DNA of 64,000 bases, from IMG/VR virus record IMGVR_UViG_3300027631_000014, positions 12,809 to 76,808 of that record; one strand, given 5' to 3'. This stretch comes from a virus. Below the pieces are notes generated by a model. The model had not been told where the DNA came from. It did no database searches and saw only the letters and a list, made by a program, of their open reading frames with translations. Below are positions 48,786 through 58,290 of the stretch, piece by piece. The position numbers were made by a program, and so were the translations under genes. Within the stretch, counting starts at the first letter, position 1; each line of letters opens with the position of its first letter.

Positions 48786-50411
48786 ATGAATAAAAAAGTA
48801 GAATTCGGGCCTGACGCTCGTAAAAGAATTGTAAACGGTATTAATAAAGTAGCAGATGCAGTGACATCCACTTTAGGACCTAATGGTAGAAACGTTATAT
48901 ACACTGAATTTGGCGAAGTAAGGTCAACAAAAGATGGTGTTACTGTCGCAAAACAGATTTCAAATCTAGAAGATCCATTAGAAGAATTAGGTGTACAGAT
49001 GATTAAACAAGCATCTATCAAAACAGCAAACAATGCAGGTGATGGTACAACTACATCTACTTTACTTGCTCAATCTATTATTAATGAGGGTTTATCTTAT
49101 TTAGATAAAGGAGCAAATGCAGTAGAAATTAAACGTGGTATTGATCAAGCAGTAAAAGAAGTAGTAAATTGTATTCGTAAAGAGATATCACAAGATATTA
49201 ACCACGAATCTCAATTAGAACAAGTAGCTACAATTTCAGCAAACAACGACCCAGAAATTGGAAAGTTAATTGCAGCAGCGATGGATAAAGTAGGTCGTGA
49301 AGGAGTAGTTCATATTGAAGAATCTAAAACAGGAGAAACATATCTTGAAACAGTAGAAGGTATGCAATTTGATAGAGGATATAAGTCACATTACTTTGTT
49401 ACAAACAATGCTGATATGACTTGTACTTTAGAAGAACCATTCATTTTAATTGCAGACAAGAAATTTAATCAAGTAAAAGATTTATTACCAATTTTAGAAG
49501 GCGTTTCAGGAACAGGAAAATCGTTATTGATTATTGCTGAAGATATTGACGGAGAAGCTTTATCGACTTTAATTGTAAATAAAATGAGAGGAACATTAAA
49601 AGTAGCAGCTGTAAAAGCTCCTGACTTTGGTGATCGTAGAAAATTATTACTAGAGGATATGGCTACTATGACTGGTGGTCAGGTATTTAGTTCAGATAAA
49701 GGAATGAAGTTAGATAAATTTTCTTGGGATTGGTTTGGTAAAGCTCGTTTAGTTACTATTTCTAAAGACCAAACAACTATTGTTGATGGCAAAGGAGAAA
49801 CAGAAAAAATCGAAGCACGAATTGAAGAACTTCAACAGCAAATTGACAAATCAATTGTACCATTCGAAAAAGAAAAGTTACAAGAACGCTTAGCAAAATT
49901 TATTGGTGGTGTAGCTATTATTCACGTAGGTGGAAATAGTGAACTAGAAATGAAAGAAACTAAAGATCGTGTTGACGATGCTTTACATGCTACAAAAGCA
50001 GCAATTGAAGAAGGTATTGTACCAGGTGGTGGATCTGTTTTATTATATGCTCGTGAAGCAATTATTAAAACAAGAACTGAACTAGATTCAGACATCTACA
50101 TTGGTAAACAAATAGTTTATAAAGCATGTGCTGCTCCATTTATGAAGATTTTAACAAATGCAGGTTACTCAGAAGGTGAATGTTATGGTTTAATCAATCA
50201 AATGGGAGATAACAACTGGAAAGGATACAATTTAAAATCTGAAACATTCGTAGATATGAAAGAGGCGGGCATCATCGACCCAGCTAAAGTAACTAGAAAT
50301 GCTATTGAAAATGCAGCATCAATTGCTGGTACAGTATTGTTAACTGAAGCAGCAATTATTGAAGTAAATAACGATAAAAAAGAAGAAGGTGGAATGCCTG
50401 GAATGTACTAA
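48786..50411 (+). CDS. groEL: Chaperonin GroEL
   Basis: TLGPNGRNV, AGDGTTT, GMQFDRGY, KAPDFGDRRK, GIIDPAKV, GGMPGM tail. Confidence 0.97.
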   Translation: MNKKVEFGPDARKRIVNGINKVADAVTSTLGPNGRNVIYTEFGEVRSTKDGVTVAKQISNLEDPLEELGVQMIKQASIKTANNAGDGTTTSTLLAQSIINEGLSYLDKGANAVEIKRGIDQAVKEVVNCIRKEISQDINHESQLEQVATISANNDPEIGKLIAAAMDKVGREGVVHIEESKTGETYLETVEGMQFDRGYKSHYFVTNNADMTCTLEEPFILIADKKFNQVKDLLPILEGVSGTGKSLLIIAEDIDGEALSTLIVNKMRGTLKVAAVKAPDFGDRRKLLLEDMATMTGGQVFSSDKGMKLDKFSWDWFGKARLVTISKDQTTIVDGKGETEKIEARIEELQQQIDKSIVPFEKEKLQERLAKFIGGVAIIHVGGNSELEMKETKDRVDDALHATKAAIEEGIVPGGGSVLLYAREAIIKTRTELDSDIYIGKQIVYKACAAPFMKILTNAGYSEGECYGLINQMGDNNWKGYNLKSETFVDMKEAGIIDPAKVTRNAIENAASIAGTVLLTEAAIIEVNNDKKEEGGMPGMY

Positions 50412-50668
50412 TGGAACAAGTAGAAAAAAATATATTAATAGCAAAGCGTGTCCCTCCTGGGGACCGTTTTGTGTTAATAGATGATAAAACAAATACAGTT
50501 CATTCATCATTAACTGAAACACTAGAAGCATATTTTCAACAAACACAAACTAAATGTGAATTTAGATTAGCACCTTTGAAAGGAGAAATATACATGATTA
50601 CTACTGAAGAAGTAGCACCCGCACCTCCACCTCCAGTAAAAAAATTCAATATATATGGAGATTATTAA
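50411..50668 (+). CDS. Hypothetical protein
   Basis: 85 aa, RVPPGDR, Pro-rich tail. Confidence 0.55.
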   Translation: MEQVEKNILIAKRVPPGDRFVLIDDKTNTVHSSLTETLEAYFQQTQTKCEFRLAPLKGEIYMITTEEVAPAPPPPVKKFNIYGDY

Positions 50669-50685
50669 TATTTATAATAAAAACC

Positions 50686-50850
50686 ATGAAAAAATCACAA
50701 TTACGTCAAATTATTAAGGAAGAGATATCTAAAGTATTAAGTGAAATAACATATATTGGATCTGATGGAGAACTAAAAGGAGATTTTACTTTAAATCAAC
50801 TCCAATTAACTCCAGAAGTAAAAAATTATATAGAGTCTAAAATAAAATAA
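50686..50850 (+). CDS. Short ORF with MKKSQLRQIIKEEI leader (54 aa, not in ORF track)
   Basis: Preceded by ATATTTATAATAAAA; leader resembles those of 30451 and 43125. Confidence 0.5.
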   Translation: MKKSQLRQIIKEEISKVLSEITYIGSDGELKGDFTLNQLQLTPEVKNYIESKIK

Positions 50851-50857
50851 ATAAGTT

Positions 50858-51208
50858 ATGAAACTAGAATTAGAAAAAATTTATAAAGAATATTGTGAGG
50901 GTGATGTAGAAAGAGAAGAAGATAAATTTATAAATATGATGAAAACATTTATAGAATTTAGACTAGAAGTAAGTGGAGGAAATAAATGTGGTTGTATGGT
51001 AAGTATGACAACTGTAACTAATTTTTTGAATGAAATATTTTTATTTGATAATATGATGGATGATTGGGGGGGATGTTATAGAGGAGATTTTTGTTGGGAA
51101 AAATTTGAATGTTTAGAAAAACTAGTGAATAAAAGTGATTTAGAAAAAGAAATCAAAAATAAAATACTAGAAGGTTATAGGAAAGAATATGGAATGGACA
51201 AAGAATAG
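50858..51208 (+). CDS. Hypothetical protein
   Basis: 116 aa, AAGTTATG start, purine-rich. Confidence 0.5.
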   Translation: MKLELEKIYKEYCEGDVEREEDKFINMMKTFIEFRLEVSGGNKCGCMVSMTTVTNFLNEIFLFDNMMDDWGGCYRGDFCWEKFECLEKLVNKSDLEKEIKNKILEGYRKEYGMDKE

Positions 51209-51211
51209 AAA

Positions 51212-51243
51212 TTTGGCTTCCTAAATTAGGAATTATATATTTA
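51212..51243 (+). promoter_or_regulatory. Promoter TTTGG-N19-TATATTTA
   Basis: Exact motif. Confidence 0.75.
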
Positions 51244-51258
51244 ATAAAAATAAAAGTT

Positions 51259-52179
51259 ATGGCAAAAAGGTTACACACAATACTAAACGAAAAATATCGT
51301 CCTGACACTCTAGAAGGATACATTTGTAAAGATGAATATAAATCTAAGTTTGAAGAATTCATCAAACAACAAGATATCCCACACCTAGGATTCTTTGGAA
51401 AACCGGGTGCAGGTAAAACAACAATTGCTAAAATATTAGTTAAAAATATCGATTGTGATTATTTATATGTAAATGCTGCTGACGAAAGAGGTATAGATGT
51501 TATACGAGAAAAAATAGGAGCATTTGCTGCTGCTGGCTCATTTAAACCACTTAAAATAGTGATATTAGATGAATCAACTCATATACTTCAAGCATCACAA
51601 GTTGTTTTATTAAATATGATTGAAACGTATAGTTTAACTACTCGTTTTATATTAACAGGTAACTACCCAGAACGCTTAGTAGAACCACTTAGAAGTAGAT
51701 TACAGGAATTTGATTTACAACCCCCTACTAAAAAAGTAGTAGCACAGCATATCTCCGTTATTTTAGATAAAGAAGAAATCGAATATGAAATTCAAGATCT
51801 AGTTAGTGTTGTAAATAAATTTTACCCTGACTTTAGAAAAATCATTAATAACTGTCAAAAGTATACTGTAGATGGCGCTTTAAGATTAGATACAATGTCT
51901 AATTCAACTGACGAATATAAAGGTGCTTTATTGGCTGAATTAAAGAAACCATCAAGTAAATCGTTTAATAACATTAGACAAATTATTGCAAATACTGATT
52001 TAGAGGATTTTGAGGATGTATATAAATTTTTATACGAGAAATTAAATGAGTATTCTAATGGAAATGAAGGTATAGTTATTTGTTACTTAGAAGAGTACAT
52101 GTATCATGCTACGTTCAGATTAGATAAAGAAATAAATATAATGGCTTGTATAGCCAAAATCTTAGAAACAATAAAATAA
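51259..52179 (+). CDS. Clamp loader large subunit (gp44/RFC-like AAA+)
   Basis: EKYRP, GKPGAGKTT, ILDE, LRSR, YPDFRK. Confidence 0.92.
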   Translation: MAKRLHTILNEKYRPDTLEGYICKDEYKSKFEEFIKQQDIPHLGFFGKPGAGKTTIAKILVKNIDCDYLYVNAADERGIDVIREKIGAFAAAGSFKPLKIVILDESTHILQASQVVLLNMIETYSLTTRFILTGNYPERLVEPLRSRLQEFDLQPPTKKVVAQHISVILDKEEIEYEIQDLVSVVNKFYPDFRKIINNCQKYTVDGALRLDTMSNSTDEYKGALLAELKKPSSKSFNNIRQIIANTDLEDFEDVYKFLYEKLNEYSNGNEGIVICYLEEYMYHATFRLDKEINIMACIAKILETIK

Positions 52180-52184
52180 AATAT

Positions 52185-52433
52185 ATGAGCCAAGAACAAT
52201 TAAAAATGAATGTGGATATCAAACAATCCACTCCAATCAAATCTGAAGACGGAAACCAAGTATTCCAAGAAGCAGTAGTATTAAGAAAAATCAGTAAATT
52301 CTTAGCTGGAACAAGCGAAGATGCTGTAGTGCCAATCCCAGTATTTATTGATACAAAAACAGGGAAAATCCTAATCGATATGTTACCAAAAGAATTAAAA
52401 GCAGAGTATGAAGAGTACAATAAAACAGTCTAA
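52185..52433 (+). CDS. Hypothetical protein
   Basis: ATG at 52185; between the clamp loader subunits. Confidence 0.55.
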   Translation: MSQEQLKMNVDIKQSTPIKSEDGNQVFQEAVVLRKISKFLAGTSEDAVVPIPVFIDTKTGKILIDMLPKELKAEYEEYNKTV

Positions 52434-52866
52434 ACCAAAACAATTTAGTATCTTTGATTTCGTAAAAGCGATCATTGATACTAAACCGTCTTGGGATATA
52501 TTTACTCCTGAACAACAAAAGATGTTTAGTGGATACATGATTAATAAATTTTTAAGCATGAATTCTAAATACATTGACATTATAAATTATGTTCAAGGAC
52601 TAAATGTTAAAGAAAATAGAAAATTGTACGAAATATATTGTTGGATGATTCCACAATCAAAAAACACTTACTCTCCATTCATCAAATCAAATACTAAAAG
52701 TTTAGTTCTACCTGAACTAACAAAGTATATTTCTGAGCATTTTGAATGTTCAACATCAGAAGCAGAAGAATATATTATGATAACAGGTAAGGATTTTGTA
52801 GAGGATATTTTAGTTAAACAAGGCATTGACGAAAAAGAAATTAAAAAACTATTAAAAAATGGCTAA
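52408..52866 (+). CDS. Clamp loader small subunit (gp62-like)
   Basis: IFDFVKAI..., YMINKFLSM, EAEEY; synteny with the gp44-like gene. Confidence 0.7.
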   Translation: MKSTIKQSKPKQFSIFDFVKAIIDTKPSWDIFTPEQQKMFSGYMINKFLSMNSKYIDIINYVQGLNVKENRKLYEIYCWMIPQSKNTYSPFIKSNTKSLVLPELTKYISEHFECSTSEAEEYIMITGKDFVEDILVKQGIDEKEIKKLLKNG

Positions 52867-53206
52867 AGAAGAAATGTCTGTTACTGAACAGCTAGAAAAA
52901 GAATATCCTACAATCGCTCAAGGATATAAACAAATAATCAAAGAGCAATATGCTTTATTTGCACGTAAGCACATAGACTATGGAATGTCAAATATTGCAG
53001 CTGGTACTCAATTATCAAACGATGAGGAAAAAGACTTTGCATTAACTGGACTTTGGTATCGCTTATCAGATAAAGTAAATAGATGGAAAAATCTTATCAT
53101 TACTAAACAAACAGGTAAAAACGAACCATTAGTTGACACTTACCAAGACATTACTAACTATGGTATTATTGCTCAGTTAGTAGAGAGAGGATTATGGAAA
53201 AAGTAA
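52859..53206 (+). CDS. DUF1599/Nmad1-type nucleotide-modification-associated protein
   Basis: KHIDYG..NI, RLSDKVNR..NL, E...DTYQDITNYGII. Confidence 0.7.
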   Translation: MAKEEMSVTEQLEKEYPTIAQGYKQIIKEQYALFARKHIDYGMSNIAAGTQLSNDEEKDFALTGLWYRLSDKVNRWKNLIITKQTGKNEPLVDTYQDITNYGIIAQLVERGLWKK

Positions 53207-53207
53207 A

Positions 53208-54161
53208 ATGGCTAAAGACAAAACACCATCAATAGTAAAACAAATTAGGAATTTTAAACCGCAGGAAATAAACTACGCGTTTCATAAAACAATTTCCTAT
53301 TCTCAATTATCAATGTATTTGCAATGTCCTAAAAAATGGGCGTTGCAATACAGAGATGGACATAAGGTGCCTAGTTTTTCTATTAATATGACTTTTGGAA
53401 CTGCAGTTCATGAAACACTACAAAACTACTTATCTGTAATGTATAATGAAAGTGGAGTAAAAGCAGATGAAATAAACATAGAAGAATATTTCGAAGATAG
53501 ATTTAGAGAAAACTATGCTAAAGGTTATAAAGACAACAAAAACACTCACTTCAGCAATCCTGAAGAAATGAGAGAATTTTATGATGATGGTTTAGCTATT
53601 TTAGATTTCATTAAGAAAAAACGAGGAGAATATTTTAGTAAAACAGGATGGCATTTAGTAGGTATTGAGATACCTATCGTAATTTCGCCCGATAAACGGT
53701 ATAACAACGTTTTATTCAACGGATTTATTGACTTAGTCTTGTACCACGAACCAACTGAACAATTCGTTATATACGATATAAAAACAAGTGGACGTGGTTG
53801 GGGGGATAAAGAAAAGAAAGACGAAGTTAAACAATTTCAAATTCTACTATACAAAGCATACTTTAGTGAAATATTTGGAGTACCTGAAGACCACATAGAT
53901 GTTGAATTTTTTATTGTAAAACGTAAAATATGGGAAGCAAGTGAATTTCCTCAAAAACGTGTACAGCAATTTACACCTGCAAACGGTAAAACAAAAGTTA
54001 AAAAAGCAAAAACAGCACTAGATTCGTTTATAGAAAGCGTGTTTAGTTTAGATGGCTCGTACAAACCCACAGACCATCAAGCACAACCAAGTAAATCAAA
54101 TTGTATGTACTGTCAATTTAAAACAAAGAAAGATTTGTGTGAATTAGCGATTCTTAAGTAA
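53208..54161 (+). CDS. PD-(D/E)xK exonuclease (Cas4/RecB-like)
   Basis: SYSQ...CP, FGTAVHE, GFID, DIKTS, Q...Y, C.YC.F....C. Confidence 0.88.
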   Translation: MAKDKTPSIVKQIRNFKPQEINYAFHKTISYSQLSMYLQCPKKWALQYRDGHKVPSFSINMTFGTAVHETLQNYLSVMYNESGVKADEINIEEYFEDRFRENYAKGYKDNKNTHFSNPEEMREFYDDGLAILDFIKKKRGEYFSKTGWHLVGIEIPIVISPDKRYNNVLFNGFIDLVLYHEPTEQFVIYDIKTSGRGWGDKEKKDEVKQFQILLYKAYFSEIFGVPEDHIDVEFFIVKRKIWEASEFPQKRVQQFTPANGKTKVKKAKTALDSFIESVFSLDGSYKPTDHQAQPSKSNCMYCQFKTKKDLCELAILK

Positions 54162-54191
54162 TTGTATATATTTATATAAAAATATAACGTT

Positions 54192-54374
54192 ATGGAAAAT
54201 AAAGAAATACTGACATCAGTAAAAGTAGAAAAAGATCTATTTGAAACCTTCAAAATAGAATGTGTAAAAAGAAAATTCTCATTAAATAAGCTTGTAAATC
54301 GAACAATGGATTTGTATCTTAACGATGAAAATTTTAGAAAACAACTTACCAATTACAATAACCCAAAAAACTAA
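54192..54374 (+). CDS. Ribbon-helix-helix-like small DNA-binding protein
   Basis: LTSVKV strand followed by two helices; 60 aa. Confidence 0.55.
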   Translation: MENKEILTSVKVEKDLFETFKIECVKRKFSLNKLVNRTMDLYLNDENFRKQLTNYNNPKN

Positions 54375-54390
54375 AAACAAAAACAAAGTT

Positions 54391-55842
54391 ATGAATTCAA
54401 GTTTTGCTTATCTTCCTCAAAATGAGAGGAAGAAAATTTTACTTATATGTGACGACATTAGAGCACATTCCGGAGTAGCTACAGTAGCTAAAGAAATTGT
54501 ACTTCACACCGCCCAACATTTCAATTGGATAAATATAGCAGGTGCAGTTCAACATCCTGATAAAGGGAAAAAATTCGATATTTCATCTGATATAAACAAT
54601 TTAGCTCAATTAACAGATGCTAACGTTTTTATTTATCCAACAGATGGATATGGAGATTCAAGTCTTATTAGAACATTAATTAATATAGAAAAGCCAGATG
54701 CTTTGTTTATAATCACTGACCCAAGATATTTTACTTGGTTGTTTGGAATTGAAAACGAAATTAGAAAGAAAGTTCCTATCATTTATTTAAATATTTGGGA
54801 CAGTCCATTCCCTTATCCATTGTGGAATAAAGAATTTTATGAGTCATGTGATGCGTTACTGGCTATCTCTAAACAAACTAAAAATATTAATGAAGTAGTT
54901 TTAGGAGATAAAGCAAAAAACAAAGTACTAGCTTATGTTCCTCATGGTTTAAATACAGATGTATTTTTCCCTATAGATAAAGAGTATAGTAAATATAAAG
55001 AATTTAGTGAATTTAAAAAGTCATTGTTTAATGGAAAAGAGTATGACTTTACTTTGTTCTTTAATTCAAGAAACATTAGACGTAAACAAATTCCAGATAC
55101 ATTATTAGCATTTAGAATGTTTTTAGACACTCTAGATAAAGAAAAAGCAAAAAAATGTACTATGGTTTTACATACTGAAATCGTTAGTGAACATGGAACA
55201 GATTTACAAGCAGTAAAAGAATATTTGTTTGCTGACTTCCCAGACCAAGTAATATTTCACCAACAAAATTTACCATCAGAACAAATGAATTGGTTGTATA
55301 ACTGTACTGACACTCAAATTTTATTAACTGATAATGAAGGGTGGGGTTTAAGTTTAACTGAAGCAATGTTAGTTGGAAATCCAATTATAGCTAATTGTCA
55401 AGGTGGAATGCAAGATCAAATGCGTTTTGAAGACGAAAATGGAAAATGGATTGACTTTAGTTTAGATTTTCCTTCAAACCATAGAGGTACTTATAGAATT
55501 CATGGTGAATGGGCTTTACCTGTTTACTCAACTAATATATCAATTCAAGGATCTCCTCAAACACCATACATCAGTTCAGATAGAGTTAGACCAGAAGATG
55601 CTGCTGAGAGAATTTTTGAAGTGTATAGTTTTGGAAAAGAAGAAAGAAAACGTAAAGGTAAATTAGGTAGAGAATGGGCATTAAGTGATGAAGCTGGATT
55701 TACAAGCAAACATCAAGCTAAAAGAGTTATCGAAACATTAGATGGATTGTTTTCAACTTGGAAACCAAGAGAAAAATATGAACTTATTAATGCTACAGAA
55801 TATCAACCCGATGTAACTCGTAAACATAAATTAACTTACTAA
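54391..55842 (+). CDS. Glycosyltransferase (GT-B, GT4-like)
   Basis: SGVA, VPHG, RNIRRKQ, EGWGLSLTEAM..G.PII...GG. Confidence 0.88.
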   Translation: MNSSFAYLPQNERKKILLICDDIRAHSGVATVAKEIVLHTAQHFNWINIAGAVQHPDKGKKFDISSDINNLAQLTDANVFIYPTDGYGDSSLIRTLINIEKPDALFIITDPRYFTWLFGIENEIRKKVPIIYLNIWDSPFPYPLWNKEFYESCDALLAISKQTKNINEVVLGDKAKNKVLAYVPHGLNTDVFFPIDKEYSKYKEFSEFKKSLFNGKEYDFTLFFNSRNIRRKQIPDTLLAFRMFLDTLDKEKAKKCTMVLHTEIVSEHGTDLQAVKEYLFADFPDQVIFHQQNLPSEQMNWLYNCTDTQILLTDNEGWGLSLTEAMLVGNPIIANCQGGMQDQMRFEDENGKWIDFSLDFPSNHRGTYRIHGEWALPVYSTNISIQGSPQTPYISSDRVRPEDAAERIFEVYSFGKEERKRKGKLGREWALSDEAGFTSKHQAKRVIETLDGLFSTWKPREKYELINATEYQPDVTRKHKLTY

Positions 55843-55853
55843 AAAATAAAAAT

Positions 55854-57158
55854 ATGAATAAACCGTTATGTGTAATTAGTTGTCCAATAGATACCTACAG
55901 TGGGTATGGCGCTCGTTCTAGAGATTTAGTTAAAGGAATTATCGAATTGAAAAAAGATGATTGGAATATAAAAGTAATGCCCCAACGTTGGGGTGATTGT
56001 AGTTGGGGTTTTATTAAAGAAAATGCTGGATGGGAATTTCTAGAACAGTATCTTTTACCAACACCACAATTGACTCAACAGCCCGACATTTGGGCTCAAA
56101 TTACAGTACCCAATGAATTTCAACCAGTAGGAAAATACAATATTGGTATTACTGCAGGTATTGAAACAACTATATGTCCGCCTGAATGGATTGAGGGAGT
56201 AAATAGAATGAATACTACTTGGGTATCATCAAAACATTCTAAAAAAGTATTTGAAGATTCTAAATTTGAAAAAAAGGATCAACAAGGAAGAACAGTAGAA
56301 TTGATTCAAATGAACAAACCAATGGAGGTAGTGTTTGAAGGTGCTGATTTAGATTTATATAAAATACTTGACCCTAAAGAAATTACTAATATAGATTTAA
56401 GTCCTATAAAAGAATCGTTTTGCTACTTGTTTTTAGGACATTGGATAAATGTAAACGCACCAATATGTGAAGATAGAAAAAATGTAGGTTTATTAATTAA
56501 AGCATTCTTTGAAACGTTTAAAAACAAACAAAACAAACCAGCCTTAATTCTAAAAACATCAGCTGCAGTTTCATCTTATATGGATAGAGAATCTATTCTA
56601 AAGAAAATAAACGCAATTAAGAAAACAGTAAACAGCGATAACTTACCTAATATCTACTTATTACATGGTGACTTTACAGATTCAGAAGTAAATGAATTAT
56701 ATAATCACTCAAAAGTAAAAGCAATGGTATCGTTAACTAAAGGTGAAGGTTTTGGTCGTCCATTACTTGAATTCAGTTTAACTAAAAAACCAATCATCAC
56801 TACAAATTGGAGTGGACATATAGATTTCTTAAATGCTAGTAACTCAGTTTTATTAGGAGGTGAATTGAAACCAGTACATCCAGCTGTAGCAAACCAGTTT
56901 TTATTAAAAGAAAGCAGTTGGTTTAATGTTAATGGACCTGAAGTAGGAGAAGCATTGATTGATGTAAACAAAAACTACGACAAATATTTACCTGGTGCTC
57001 GTAAACAAGCAGAATCAAATAAAGAAAAATTTAGTTTTGATGCTATGAAAAATTGTATAGGAGAGCAATTAAATAAAGTACCTGAGTTTCCTAAACAAGT
57101 AGCTTTACAACTACCTCAACTTAAAAAAATCGAATTACCAAAATTAACTAAAATATAA
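55854..57158 (+). CDS. Glycosyltransferase (GT-B, GT4-like)
   Basis: SGYG..SRD, RKNV, KGEGFGRPLLE, WSGHIDF. Confidence 0.85.
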   Translation: MNKPLCVISCPIDTYSGYGARSRDLVKGIIELKKDDWNIKVMPQRWGDCSWGFIKENAGWEFLEQYLLPTPQLTQQPDIWAQITVPNEFQPVGKYNIGITAGIETTICPPEWIEGVNRMNTTWVSSKHSKKVFEDSKFEKKDQQGRTVELIQMNKPMEVVFEGADLDLYKILDPKEITNIDLSPIKESFCYLFLGHWINVNAPICEDRKNVGLLIKAFFETFKNKQNKPALILKTSAAVSSYMDRESILKKINAIKKTVNSDNLPNIYLLHGDFTDSEVNELYNHSKVKAMVSLTKGEGFGRPLLEFSLTKKPIITTNWSGHIDFLNASNSVLLGGELKPVHPAVANQFLLKESSWFNVNGPEVGEALIDVNKNYDKYLPGARKQAESNKEKFSFDAMKNCIGEQLNKVPEFPKQVALQLPQLKKIELPKLTKI

Positions 57159-57159
57159 A

Positions 57160-57618
57160 ATGAACGATAACTTAATAGTATGCAAGCACTGTAGATCAGA
57201 TGCTTGCTATGTAACCGAAAACTCAGACATCATCAAAACTTATAGCTGCTTCGGATGTGGTTATACAACTAACTCACTAATGAAAGAAGGTGAAGAATTC
57301 TATGCTCAACAACTAGAAGTCCTACCTGAAATTTACAAAGACGTAATGTTTAAAGACGAGGATGGTTTAATGTGGATGCCTACTACAATCAATTTACCTC
57401 AACAAGGTATGGTATTTTACAATGGTACAACTAAAGAAAATGCTAAATGGGCAGCTGTGAAAGCAGCAAAAGTTGAAGAAGCAGAAAAAGAAAAATATCC
57501 AATCAAAAACAAACCAGGAGAATTTTATGAATGGAGGATGGATATGACTACTATGAAAGCATTTGAGCAAAAAGAATTTATAGAAGCTTTATCTTTTGTA
57601 GGAATTTTGCCAGAATAA
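57160..57618 (+). CDS. Zinc-finger hypothetical protein
   Basis: CKHC...CY...CFGCGY. Confidence 0.6.
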   Translation: MNDNLIVCKHCRSDACYVTENSDIIKTYSCFGCGYTTNSLMKEGEEFYAQQLEVLPEIYKDVMFKDEDGLMWMPTTINLPQQGMVFYNGTTKENAKWAAVKAAKVEEAEKEKYPIKNKPGEFYEWRMDMTTMKAFEQKEFIEALSFVGILPE

Positions 57619-57650
57619 TTTGGATTACAAAAATTAATTTTTTATATTTA
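57619..57650 (+). promoter_or_regulatory. Promoter TTTGG-N19-TATATTTA (near-leaderless)
   Basis: Exact motif ending 4 nt before ATG 57655. Confidence 0.7.
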
Positions 57651-57654
57651 CAGT

Positions 57655-58290
57655 ATGAAAATAAGTTACGGTTTAACAGTTTGTAATGAACATGAAGAAA
57701 TAAACAATCTAATAGTATATCTTCTAGAACGAATAGATAAAGAAGATGAAATTGTAGTTGTTTATGATCAAAATAGAGTTACAAATGAAGTATTAAATGT
57801 ATTAGATCAATATAAAGAAAATATATTTTCCTACCCATTCAACTTTCAACAGAACTTCTTAGAAAACAAGAACTTCATGAATAACAAATGTACAGGAGAA
57901 TATATTTTTCAAATTGATGCTGACGAAATACCTGAAGATTTTTTAGTACGAAATTTAAAAACAGTACTAGAATCTAATTCAGTAGATTTACTAATCACGC
58001 CTCGTAAAAATTTGGTCCCTGGTTTAACTCAAGAACATATCCAGAGATGGGGATGGAGAGTTACAGAACAAGGGTGGGTAAATTGGCCTGATGCTCAAAA
58101 ACGTATTTACAAAAATACTCCAGACATAAAATGGAGTGGACATCAAATTCATGGAATGGTGGAAGGTTTTAAAACCTTTGCTACTTTACCATTTGAAGAG
58201 GAATGGAGTATCATTCACAATAAAACACTTGAAAGACAAGAACAACAAAACAATAGGTACAATCAAATAGAAACAGGAAAATTAAAATGA
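57655..58290 (+). CDS. Glycosyltransferase family 2
   Basis: TVCNE, IDADE (DxD), WPD.Q.RI, H.K. Confidence 0.88.
   Translation: MKISYGLTVCNEHEEINNLIVYLLERIDKEDEIVVVYDQNRVTNEVLNVLDQYKENIFSYPFNFQQNFLENKNFMNNKCTGEYIFQIDADEIPEDFLVRNLKTVLESNSVDLLITPRKNLVPGLTQEHIQRWGWRVTEQGWVNWPDAQKRIYKNTPDIKWSGHQIHGMVEGFKTFATLPFEEEWSIIHNKTLERQEQQNNRYNQIETGKLK

Noticed and set aside
53208-54161. Cas4 as evidence of a CRISPR-Cas system
   Set aside because: Solo Cas4-like PD-(D/E)xK nucleases are common in phages; no cas1/cas2 or array is present
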